DNA of 15,411 nt from Sandaracinaceae bacterium (GTDB lineage Bacteria; Myxococcota_A; Polyangia; Polyangiales; Sandaracinaceae). The notes beneath the pieces were generated by a model. It was not told the DNA's origin. It did no database searches and was given only the letters and a program-made list of their open reading frames with translations. The translations under genes and the position numbers were made by a program. Below, piece after piece: positions 8,203 through 15,411 of the stretch; the stretch's first letter is position 1; the number at the start of each line of letters is the position of its first letter. The stretch covers positions 1 through 15,411 of the forward strand of contig JBGAQA010000133.1 in assembly GCA_044220955.1 (NCBI GenBank), written 5' to 3'.

Positions 8203-10002
8203 CCAGATCGGCGGGCGCTCCGGCCCCAGGGGGTCGGGGATCGCGAGCACGTCGATGACGCGGGCGTCGCCGTCGATCGGCTCGGTGAGATGCAGGTGAT
8301 CAGCCCCGCGATCGAGCACGTCGCGCCGGTCGATTCCGATGATCCACGGGATGCCGACGGCGCGACGTAGATCGTCGGTGATGCGCGCCATCACGTACTC
8401 GCCATCGACGAGCACGCCGATCGCGCGGTAGCGCGCGAGCGCCTCGCGTCGCGCCGGCAGGTCGCGCGCACAGGCGGCGTCGTCCTGCGTGGGACCGAGG
8501 TCGTAGTGGTCGTCGGAGAACCAGAGCGCGGGATCGATCGGCTGCGCCCGCACCCAGGCGACGTCGTCGTCGAGAGCGCGGACGTCGGTGAAGTGCGGGT
8601 CCTCGGTGCCCAGTGCCTTCACGACGATGTCGCGATACTCGGTTCGTACGGCCAGCCTCCGCTGGAGCACGGCCGGCGCGCACGTCGTCGGCCAGAGCGC
8701 GTCGAGCGGCAAGCTCTCGCTGGTCCCGGCGAGCGCGGTCGCCACGCCCGGACTGCGGTCCTGTCGGTACGCACCGTAGAGGACGAGGCGAGGGACCTCG
8801 GCGTCCCACGCGCGCAGCGCGCGGAGGTCCACGTTGCGCGGACTCAGCATGCCCTGCGCGAGCACGACGACGCTCAGGAGGATCTCGATCGTGCCCAGCA
8901 CGATCACGCGTCGTCGCGCTCGGACCCACGTCTCCGCCACCACCGGCGCGATGGTGATCGTGAACGGAACCAGCCAGCTCAGCGCGTAGCGCCACTGGTT
9001 CGACCCCACCGACTGGAACGCGCTGGCGAAGAGCGCGACGAAGGCGAGGGCGTGCAGCTGGAGAGGCCCGTGAGCACGCCACGCGCGCGCGCCGGCGATC
9101 CACGCGAGCTTCGCGGGAACGAAGGGCGGGTTGAGCAGGAACGCGACGACGACGTAGGCGGCGACGTGGCCCACCGTCAGGACGTGGGCGCGGTACGCGA
9201 CCAGCCCCGGCAGGTGACTCGGACCGGAGGCGAGCTGGTGGGCCAGCACGGCGAAAGGTGGGATGGCCGCGAGGACGAGCCCCTCGCGCGTTCGACCGCG
9301 CTCGCGACCGCGGTGAGCGATCGCGACCGCGAAGAGCGGGGCCAGGAGCTGGAGCTCGTCCTTGAGCGCCGCCGCGAGCACGAGCAGCGCCGAGGCCGGC
9401 ACCACCGCGAGACGGGCTGCGCCACCGCGCTCGACCGCGACGAGGCCCGCCCAGAGCGCGGCGGCGTAGAGCGTCGCCGCCGGCAGCTCGGCGCTGGGTG
9501 TCGCCGAGAACGCGATCGCGAAGGGCGACGCCAGCACCATCCCCGCGGCCACGCGCGCGTGCCGCGGCTCGCCCAGCCAGCGTCGTGCGACCGCGTACGC
9601 GACGACGGGGAGCATCGCGCCGAGCGCACGCAGGGGAGCGACGACCGCGTCGTCGCCGCGGCCGAGCACCGGCACGAGCGAGCCGAGGATCGCCTCGAGC
9701 GCCGGTGTCGGCTCCGCCGTCCCGCCGATCCCCGTCAGGTCGAGCCCGCGCACGACCGCCACGAGCCGGACGTCGTCGGCGTCGGTCTGGAGGAAGGACG
9801 TCGGCACCAGCGCACGCGTGAGCGCGGAGGCAGCGGCGAGCCACGCGAGCGCTCGCCACTCCTCGCGTGGGGTGTCGGCGACCACGAGCAAGGTCGTGAG
9901 CACCGTCGCGCCGACGACGATCGCGAGCACCCACGCGAGCGAGACGGGGACGTTCGCCACCGCGGGGTGGAATGCCGGATCCATCGCCGCGCGCAGGATC
10001 AC
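8191..10002 (-). CDS. Polytopic membrane protein, probable GT-C-fold glycosyltransferase (ArnT/PMT-like) with a soluble C-terminal domain
   Basis: Roughly 11-13 hydrophobic segments; acidic motif LQTDADD in an early loop; SAELPA, LKDE and QWRY motifs in ArnT/PMT-like order; hydrophilic C-terminal region of about 200 aa; divergent from a GT2 gene. Start may be ATG 9984. Confidence 0.65.
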   Translation of the reverse strand: MILRAAMDPAFHPAVANVPVSLAWVLAIVVGATVLTTLLVVADTPREEWRALAWLAAASALTRALVPTSFLQTDADDVRLVAVVRGLDLTGIGGTAEPTPALEAILGSLVPVLGRGDDAVVAPLRALGAMLPVVAYAVARRWLGEPRHARVAAGMVLASPFAIAFSATPSAELPAATLYAAALWAGLVAVERGGAARLAVVPASALLVLAAALKDELQLLAPLFAVAIAHRGRERGRTREGLVLAAIPPFAVLAHQLASGPSHLPGLVAYRAHVLTVGHVAAYVVVAFLLNPPFVPAKLAWIAGARAWRAHGPLQLHALAFVALFASAFQSVGSNQWRYALSWLVPFTITIAPVVAETWVRARRRVIVLGTIEILLSVVVLAQGMLSPRNVDLRALRAWDAEVPRLVLYGAYRQDRSPGVATALAGTSESLPLDALWPTTCAPAVLQRRLAVRTEYRDIVVKALGTEDPHFTDVRALDDDVAWVRAQPIDPALWFSDDHYDLGPTQDDAACARDLPARREALARYRAIGVLVDGEYVMARITDDLRRAVGIPWIIGIDRRDVLDRGADHLHLTEPIDGDARVIDVLAIPDPLGPERPPIWSRP

Positions 10003-10057
10003 GCGCGCGCGTCGACCCGTCCAGCTGCACTCATCTCATTCGTGGCAACATCGAGCG

Positions 10058-10750
10058 ATGAGCGTCGACCTCTCGGTCGTGTGTCCCGCGTACGACGAAG
10101 AAGACTGCATCGCGGACAGCATCCGGACGCTCTCCGAGGCGCTCGCGGGCAGCGGGCGCACGTGGCAGCTCGTCGTCGTCGACGACGGAAGCAGCGACGA
10201 CACGCTCGCTCGCGCCCGGGCCGCGCGCCGCCCGGGCGTGGAGGTGCTCACCCACCGACCCAACCGCGGTCGTGGCTTCGCCCTCCGGCGCGGCATCGAG
10301 GCCGCCATCGGGCGACTCGTCGTCACCACCGAGGCCGATCTGACGTGGGGCACCGAGTCGGTGCTCGCGCTCGCGCGCACGCTCGACGAGCTGGGCTGCG
10401 ACGTCTCGGTCGCCTCTCCCTGGCTGCCCGGAGGCGCGATGCGCGGCGTGCCGCCGCACCGGGTGCTGCTCAGTCGCGTGGGCAACCTCGCGCTCTCGTA
10501 TCGCTTCGGTGTCCGCATGAGCACGGGAATGACGCGCGGCTACCGGCGACAGGCTCTCGAGCAGATGAGGCTCACACGCGACGACAAGGATCTGCACCTC
10601 GAGATCCTCGCGGAGGCGCAGCGGCTCGGGCTCAGCGTGCGGGAGGTCCCGGCCACCCTGCGCTGGCCGGACGAGCGCCGCACGCGACCCAGCTCCTTGC
10701 GCGCGCGTCACGTGGTGCACCACCTCGCATGGGCCTTCGGTCTCGAGTGA
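10058..10750 (+). CDS. Glycosyltransferase family 2, polyprenyl-phosphate sugar synthase (DPM1/ArnC-like), 230 aa
   Basis: LSVVCPAYDEE, VVVDDGSSDDT, NRGRGFALRRG, VVTTEADL, TGMTRGYRR, LEILAEA and VREVP. Confidence 0.92.
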   Translation: MSVDLSVVCPAYDEEDCIADSIRTLSEALAGSGRTWQLVVVDDGSSDDTLARARAARRPGVEVLTHRPNRGRGFALRRGIEAAIGRLVVTTEADLTWGTESVLALARTLDELGCDVSVASPWLPGGAMRGVPPHRVLLSRVGNLALSYRFGVRMSTGMTRGYRRQALEQMRLTRDDKDLHLEILAEAQRLGLSVREVPATLRWPDERRTRPSSLRARHVVHHLAWAFGLE

Positions 10751-11622
10751 GCGCGTCCGGCGAGGTCGGCAAGGTCCGTGCGTGCGTGTCGATCGACGTC
10801 GATCCGCTCGGCGGCGACGCGCTCTGGGAGCGCGCGATCCCGCGCCATCTCGCGCTCCTCGCGGCCGCCGACCTCCGCGCTACGTTCTTCGTCGTCGCGT
10901 CGGAGTGCGCACGTCCGATCCCGCGCGCGTGGGTGCGACGCATCGCGGACGCACGCCACGAGATCGCCAACCACACGCTCGACCATCCACGTGGCTTCGG
11001 CCGCCTCGCGCGCTCGGCGCTCGTTCGTCAGGTCGCGGACGCCGAGCAGATGCTGCAGGACGCCGGCGGAGCGCGCGTCGTCGGGTTCCGCGCACCGGCG
11101 TGGGACGCGACGCCGGAGCTCTTCGACGTCCTCGAGCAGCGCGGCTACGTGTACGACTCGTCGGTGTGCCCGACCTGGGTCGCTCCCGCCGCGCGCATCG
11201 TCGGGCGTCCCCGTCGCGTACGCCCCTTCGGCGCGCTGCGCTTCGGGCTCGCCCCGCGCGTTCCGTATCGTCCCGACGCGCGTGCGCCGTGGCGTCGCGG
11301 CACCATGAGCCTGGTCGAGGTGCCCACGTCGATCGGGGCGCTGCGCTTGCCGGTCTGGCTCACGCCCGTGCTCGCGACGGGGCCCCGCCTCGATCCGGCG
11401 TGGCGCGCTCTGCTGCGAGGCACACCGGCGCCGCAGTGGCTCTTCCACGCGGCCGATCTGCTCGACTTCGATCGCGAGGTATCGCCCTCGCTCGCCTACC
11501 GGCCCGGCCTGCGACGCCCGCTGGCGCAGAAGGAGCAGCTGATCGGTCGCGCGCTGGCGGACCTGTCGCGCCTCGGGCCCGCCGCCGGCACCGTCCTCGA
11601 GGTGGCGCGTGCGCTCGCATGA
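10747..11622 (+). CDS. Polysaccharide deacetylase (CE4/NodB-homology) family protein
   Basis: GTG 10747 overlaps the GT2 stop (GTGA). Motifs SIDVD, ATFFVVA, HEIANHTLDH (metal-binding His pair), GFRAPAW, YVYDSS, LVEVP and LFHAAD. Confidence 0.92.
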   Translation: MSASGEVGKVRACVSIDVDPLGGDALWERAIPRHLALLAAADLRATFFVVASECARPIPRAWVRRIADARHEIANHTLDHPRGFGRLARSALVRQVADAEQMLQDAGGARVVGFRAPAWDATPELFDVLEQRGYVYDSSVCPTWVAPAARIVGRPRRVRPFGALRFGLAPRVPYRPDARAPWRRGTMSLVEVPTSIGALRLPVWLTPVLATGPRLDPAWRALLRGTPAPQWLFHAADLLDFDREVSPSLAYRPGLRRPLAQKEQLIGRALADLSRLGPAAGTVLEVARALA

Positions 11623-13210
11623 CGACCCCTGGGGCGCGGCGCTCGACGCTGCGATCCCCGCCCTGCTCTCGCACGCCGATCGCGACGCGCGCTCGCCGAC
11701 GTACGGCCTCTTCGATCGTCGCTACTGGGCGTGGAGCTTCAGCGACATGCCGGCGCCGCGTGCGCAGGAAGCCGTGCTTCCGCTCGCGGTCGCGTACCAG
11801 GGCGGCGCCTACCGGGGACGCGCGGAGCTGCGTGCGTGGATCGGTGCAGGCATCGACGCGTGGGCGCGCCTCGCCCACGCCGACGGCTCGCTCGACGAGG
11901 CCTATCCCTCCGAGCGGAGCTGGGGCGCGACCGCGTTCACCGCGTGCGCGGTGGCCGAGACCCTCGAGCTCGTCGGCGCGGAGCTCGAGCCCGCGGTGCG
12001 CGCGCGTGGGATCGAGGCGCTGGCGCGCGCGGCGCGCTTCCTGGCCGACCACGAGGAGACGCATGGCACGCTCTCGAACCACCTCGCCGCAGGCGCTGCG
12101 GCGCTCGCGCTGGCGCGACGTCTGACCGGAGAGACGGCGTTCGACGCGGCTGCGGACCTGCTCTTCGATCGCATCTCACGCGCGGCGTCGCCCGAGGGCG
12201 GACTGCGCGAGTACGCGGGCGTCGATCCCGGCTACCAGTCCCACGCGCTCGGCTACCTGGCGATCTACGCGGGGGAACGAGCACCCTCCCACACCACGCC
12301 GCTGCTCTCGCGCGCCGTGGAACTGCTCGCCTGGACGATGGGGCCCGACGGTGCGCTCGCGGGCGAGATCGGCAGTCGCGACACGGCGTTCTTCTTTCCT
12401 TCGGGCGTCGAGCGCCTCGCGGCATCGCTGCCGCTCGCGGGCGCGCTGGCGTCGCGCGCCCGAGCGGCCGTTCGTGGCAGGCGCGTCCCCGGCCTCGGCG
12501 AGATGGACGCGCCCAACTGGATCCCGATGCTCGCCAGCTACGCGCGAGCGCACCGAGCCTGGCGCGTGCTCGACGACGTCTCCGCGCTCCCGGCCGACGG
12601 CGAGGGCGAGCGGTGGATGCCGGGCGCCGGTCTCCTCGCGCGGAACACCGCGCGCTACCACGCGCTGGTGGCGGCCGACAAAGGCGGCGTCGTGAGCGCG
12701 CTCGGTCGAGACGGCACGAGCTTCGTCGCGAGCGGCTGGGCGACGGGCGACGCCACGAGCCAGTGGATGGGCGCCGAGGTCGAGGCCCCGCAGGACGGCG
12801 TGATCCGCGTCGTCACGCCCTTCCGCGTGCGCCGCGATCGCGCGCCCGGCGTCGGCGAGCACCTCGGCCTCCGACTGGCGTCCACGACGCTCGGGCGCAC
12901 GGCGCTGGGGGCGCGCGCGATCAAGGGCCTCCTCGTCCATCGGCTCGTCGATCGAGAGGTCCGCGCGCCGCTCCGTCTCGATCGCACGATCCTCCTGTCG
13001 CGCGACGCCATCGAGATCCGCGATCGTGTCACCTGGGAGGACGAGCGCCCCGCCGACCTCGCTCCAGTCGAGCGGATCACGTCCATCCACATGGGCTCGG
13101 CGCGCTATTTCCAGCCACGCGAGCTCGCCCCGCGCGCACCCACGACGACGGCCGAGCGCGAGGGGCCGGGCTGGCTCGAGCGCACGACACGTGCCGCGTT
13201 CTCGGGTTAG
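11609..13210 (+). CDS. Uncharacterised protein, predicted alpha/alpha-toroid N-terminal domain plus beta-rich C-terminal domain (heparinase II/III-like layout)
   Basis: GAGG at 11599-11602 before GTG 11609; 14-nt overlap with the deacetylase gene. Motif-like blocks SPTYGLFDRRYW, HADGSLDEAYPSE, LSNH and EGGLREYAGVDPGYQ separated by amphipathic helices. The fold assignment is by recollection, not computed. Confidence 0.75.
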   Translation: MRSHDDPWGAALDAAIPALLSHADRDARSPTYGLFDRRYWAWSFSDMPAPRAQEAVLPLAVAYQGGAYRGRAELRAWIGAGIDAWARLAHADGSLDEAYPSERSWGATAFTACAVAETLELVGAELEPAVRARGIEALARAARFLADHEETHGTLSNHLAAGAAALALARRLTGETAFDAAADLLFDRISRAASPEGGLREYAGVDPGYQSHALGYLAIYAGERAPSHTTPLLSRAVELLAWTMGPDGALAGEIGSRDTAFFFPSGVERLAASLPLAGALASRARAAVRGRRVPGLGEMDAPNWIPMLASYARAHRAWRVLDDVSALPADGEGERWMPGAGLLARNTARYHALVAADKGGVVSALGRDGTSFVASGWATGDATSQWMGAEVEAPQDGVIRVVTPFRVRRDRAPGVGEHLGLRLASTTLGRTALGARAIKGLLVHRLVDREVRAPLRLDRTILLSRDAIEIRDRVTWEDERPADLAPVERITSIHMGSARYFQPRELAPRAPTTTAEREGPGWLERTTRAAFSG

Positions 13211-13426
13211 TCCGAGGCCGAGATGGAACCGATCGACGTCTGCGTGATCGGAGAAGCGACCGGGCGCGCGATGGAAGACGGCGACAGGAGGCGAGGTGAT
13301 CACGATGCGAGCACACCTGCTGAGCGACCGCTGGTGCCGGGCGAGCGACATCGCGCTCCACGACCCGGGACCGGATATCCGTGCCGCATGATCACCAACG
13401 GCGCGCTCCGTCCATCGGGTCGCCAT
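13211..13426 (-). pseudogene. Decayed ParE/RelE-type toxin gene
   Basis: ATG overlaps the antitoxin stop (TGATG). It begins MATRWTERAVGD, a typical ParE N-terminus, and later shows RIVI...VAVFH, resembling the ParE C-terminal strands. The middle is unrecognisable and no stop occurs until 12176. The lower boundary is approximate. Confidence 0.6.
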
Positions 13427-13737
13427 CAGCCGACGGTCACCTTCGGGAAGCGCTGCTCCAGGAGCTTCCCCAACGCGTCGTGAGCGACCACCTTGCCCGC
13501 GCCGGCTTGTTCCAGCCCCTCGCGTACCGCCTCGACGAACCGTGCCTGGTAGGTCAGTCGATCGAACTCCTCCGGGGAGAGCAACACCGCCGCCGCCCTG
13601 CCATTCTGGGTGACGATCAGAGGACGCCCCCCTTCGCGCAGCAGTCGAAGTCGCTCGGACAGGTGGGCCTTCAGCTCTCCGACCGGCACGATGTCTTCAG
13701 CGACCTGCAGCAGAGCACCAGATACCGACCTGTTCAT
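13426..13737 (-). CDS. Type II toxin-antitoxin antitoxin, Phd/YefM family
   Basis: EDIVPVGELKAHLSERLRLLREGGRPLIVTQNGRAAAVLLSPEEFDRL is the Phd/YefM DNA-binding signature; C-terminus AVREGLEQAGAGKVVAHD. Confidence 0.93.
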   Translation of the reverse strand: MNRSVSGALLQVAEDIVPVGELKAHLSERLRLLREGGRPLIVTQNGRAAAVLLSPEEFDRLTYQARFVEAVREGLEQAGAGKVVAHDALGKLLEQRFPKVTVG

Positions 13738-13767
13738 GGGTCTGATTTCGGACCTCTATTGGGACCC
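13726..13767. promoter_or_regulatory. Putative TA autoregulatory operator array
   Basis: Related hexamers CGACCT, GGGTCT, GGACCT and GGACCC start at 13726, 13738, 13750 and 13762 (12-bp period). They include the imperfect palindrome GGTCTGATTTCGGACC (13739-13754) directly upstream of the antitoxin ATG. Confidence 0.55.
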
Positions 13768-13950
13768 GAGCAAGCTCTGGATGCGCGGGGCGGCGGCGGC
13801 GGCGGGAGATTGATCCACCGGGGCGGTCGCGGTCGGCGGCCGATTCCCGGCACAGGAATCATCGCCCACCTCGAGGAGAGCGTGGCGGCCTCCGCTCTCG
13901 AAGCGCTTCGTCAACCTCGACGCGGAGTGACGGCCGACGGTGTATTGAGC

Positions 13951-15411
13951 TCAGGATCCTAGGTTCGCGCGCGCGATGGTCTCGGCGAGCGCCGGGTTGG
14001 TCTTCGCGGCCTCCGCGATCTGCGCGAGCGACCGATCGCGGAGGGGCTTGGCGTCGTACGGCCCGACCGCCCTCTTCAGCCGCTCGACGTCCAGCACGTC
14101 TCGGAGCGTGGCGAGCACTGCGTCGGTGGCCGCGAGATCGAGCATGGGCAAGACGACATCGAGCGTCATGTTCATGGTGTTGACGGGAATGCTGCTGTCG
14201 GTGAGCCGCGTGATGAAGATCCGCTCGCGACGATCGAGAGGGATGGCTTGCATGATCTCGCGCGTGACGGCTAGCGGGGCGCCGAACCGCAGGACGCCGT
14301 CGTACTTCGCGTCGAGGTTCTCGCCCTTGGCCAGTGACCGCACGATCGCGAGGAGCGCCACCTTGCCGACCGCAGGCCCGAGGCCCGGCTTCAGCCCGCG
14401 CGACGCGATCTCGTCCGCGAACGGGCGCGCCCAGGAGGCGGCCTCCGCGCCGACGACCCCGAGTAGTTCGAAGAGGCGATCCGGCAGAGTGGCCGCGCAG
14501 CCGTAGGTGTTCTGCGCGAGCTCCGCGAGCGTGGCGAGGAGCTCGAGCGGCGACAGTGCCTCGGCGAGGCGCGCCTCGACCTGCGGCTGCGTCTCCCTCG
14601 CCGCCTGGAGCAGGAGCAGCGAACGCCAGAGCGGCAAGCGCTTCTCCTCGCCGCCGATGGTCATCGGCAAGACGCGCTCGAGCGGGCCCGGCGGATCGAT
14701 CCCCAGCAGCCGCCGCCTGTCACGCGCACCGTCGGGCACCCCGAACGAGCGGAACACCGTACGCACGTCGAAGCGCGACAGATCCCCGAGCACGGCGCGC
14801 TGCACGTCGTTCAAATGGTCCGGCAAGCGCGGCTGGCCGTTCTCCTCGATCACGAGGCGCATCGCCTCGCGCGCCCAGTCACCTTGCTTGGCCCACTCGA
14901 CGTGCATAGGCGGGCCCGCATCCACGACTGCACCAGAGAGAGCGCGCGCGCCGACCGACTTGCCGACCTCGCCGAGCCGCGAGAGCACGCTCGACACGAG
15001 CTCCGCGAGCCTTCCGTACGCCCAGGGGAACGCGTCCCGTCCGGCGTTCGAGCGGACGAAGCCGCGCAGCGGGGCGATCCAAGCTTCGTCGGCGACGTCC
15101 GCGATCGACGCGGCCGCGAGCGCGGCGGCGCCGCGTACGAGCGCGTCCGGCGACGAGAGATCCGCGGCCTCCGGGCCCACGGGCTTGCCCGCGTAGCGCG
15201 ACGTGAACGCGACCGCGAGGATGATACTGGCCCGCGCCGCGGCGTCCTTCTCCTTCGCGAGCTGTGCACGCAGCTCCGAGAGCGAATCCGCAGATGCCTC
15301 GGAGAGGAACGAGAGGAGGAACGCCGCGCCCGCGCGGACTTTCGCGTCGTCGTCGGCGAGGAGCTGGATGGCGCCGCCCTTCGCGGCGAGGACCGTCTTC
15401 GCGACGTCCTT
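13951..15411 (-). CDS. Partial (5'-truncated) HEAT-repeat-containing hypothetical protein
   Basis: The frame is open to the window edge, 77 codons beyond the ORF-track start at 15180. HEAT-like units LLADDDAKVRAGAAFLL, LAKEKDAAARASIILAV and LSSPDALVRGAAALA; mostly helical downstream. Confidence 0.75.
   Translation of the reverse strand, partial: KDVAKTVLAAKGGAIQLLADDDAKVRAGAAFLLSFLSEASADSLSELRAQLAKEKDAAARASIILAVAFTSRYAGKPVGPEAADLSSPDALVRGAAALAAASIADVADEAWIAPLRGFVRSNAGRDAFPWAYGRLAELVSSVLSRLGEVGKSVGARALSGAVVDAGPPMHVEWAKQGDWAREAMRLVIEENGQPRLPDHLNDVQRAVLGDLSRFDVRTVFRSFGVPDGARDRRRLLGIDPPGPLERVLPMTIGGEEKRLPLWRSLLLLQAARETQPQVEARLAEALSPLELLATLAELAQNTYGCAATLPDRLFELLGVVGAEAASWARPFADEIASRGLKPGLGPAVGKVALLAIVRSLAKGENLDAKYDGVLRFGAPLAVTREIMQAIPLDRRERIFITRLTDSSIPVNTMNMTLDVVLPMLDLAATDAVLATLRDVLDVERLKRAVGPYDAKPLRDRSLAQIAEAAKTNPALAETIARANLGS

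Noticed and set aside
10001..10012. Perfect palindrome ACGCGCGCGCGT in the divergent promoter region
   Set aside because: CG runs are common throughout the window, so it is not distinguishable from background.
8506..11622. 1038-aa ORF that could look like a giant deacetylase fusion
   Set aside because: The first ~750 codons are the antisense shadow of the GT-C gene and an off-frame reading of the GT2 gene. Only 10747-11622 has family motifs and a coupled start.
11619..11640. ATGA-coupled ATG at 11619 suggesting a frameshift at the start of the toroid gene
   Set aside because: The in-frame GTG at 11609 has a well-spaced GAGG, so no frameshift is needed.
12176..13426. 416-aa minus-strand ORF as a real long toxin
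   Set aside because: Beyond about 13210 it is the antisense of the 11609-13210 gene. Long shadow ORFs are expected at this GC content.
13789..13805. Short (GGC)n run
   Set aside because: About five copies in intergenic GC-rich DNA; no evidence of function.
13876..13899. Hairpin GAGAGCG-N10-CGCTCTC downstream of the HEAT gene
   Set aside because: Only a 7-bp stem with no U-tract on either strand; too weak to call a terminator or ncRNA.
1..15411. CRISPR array, tRNA/rRNA, IS element or integrase
   Set aside because: No regularly spaced repeat-spacer units, cloverleaf, rRNA-like segment, or transposase/recombinase motifs were recognised by eye.

Overview
A very GC-rich bacterial chromosomal window (hand-counted 60-nt lines range from about 60% to about 80% GC). 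Gene style suggests Myxococcota (Polyangia-like), but this is inference only. From left to right: a partial TPR-like/C-terminal OmpR-type winged-helix regulator; a Cys-rich secreted lipoprotein with a C-terminal Ig-like domain; a translationally coupled minus-strand operon (N-formylglutamate amidohydrolase, rsmG, EamA/DMT transporter); a YhfC/PrsW-like intramembrane protease; murB followed by a collapsed membrane-protein remnant; a YXWGXW-repeat lipoprotein with a Ser/Thr-rich tail; a divergent envelope-glycosylation cassette (GT-C-like membrane protein versus GT2, CE4 deacetylase and an uncharacterised alpha-toroid-like protein); a Phd/YefM antitoxin with a 12-bp-periodic putative operator array and a decayed ParE/RelE toxin; and a partial HEAT-repeat protein. 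The best candidate for an undescribed system is the ArnC/ArnD/ArnT-like cassette with its extra toroid enzyme. Three genes show a TANNNT box 6-8 nt before the start codon, suggesting leaderless transcripts. No rRNA, tRNA, CRISPR array or IS element was recognised.
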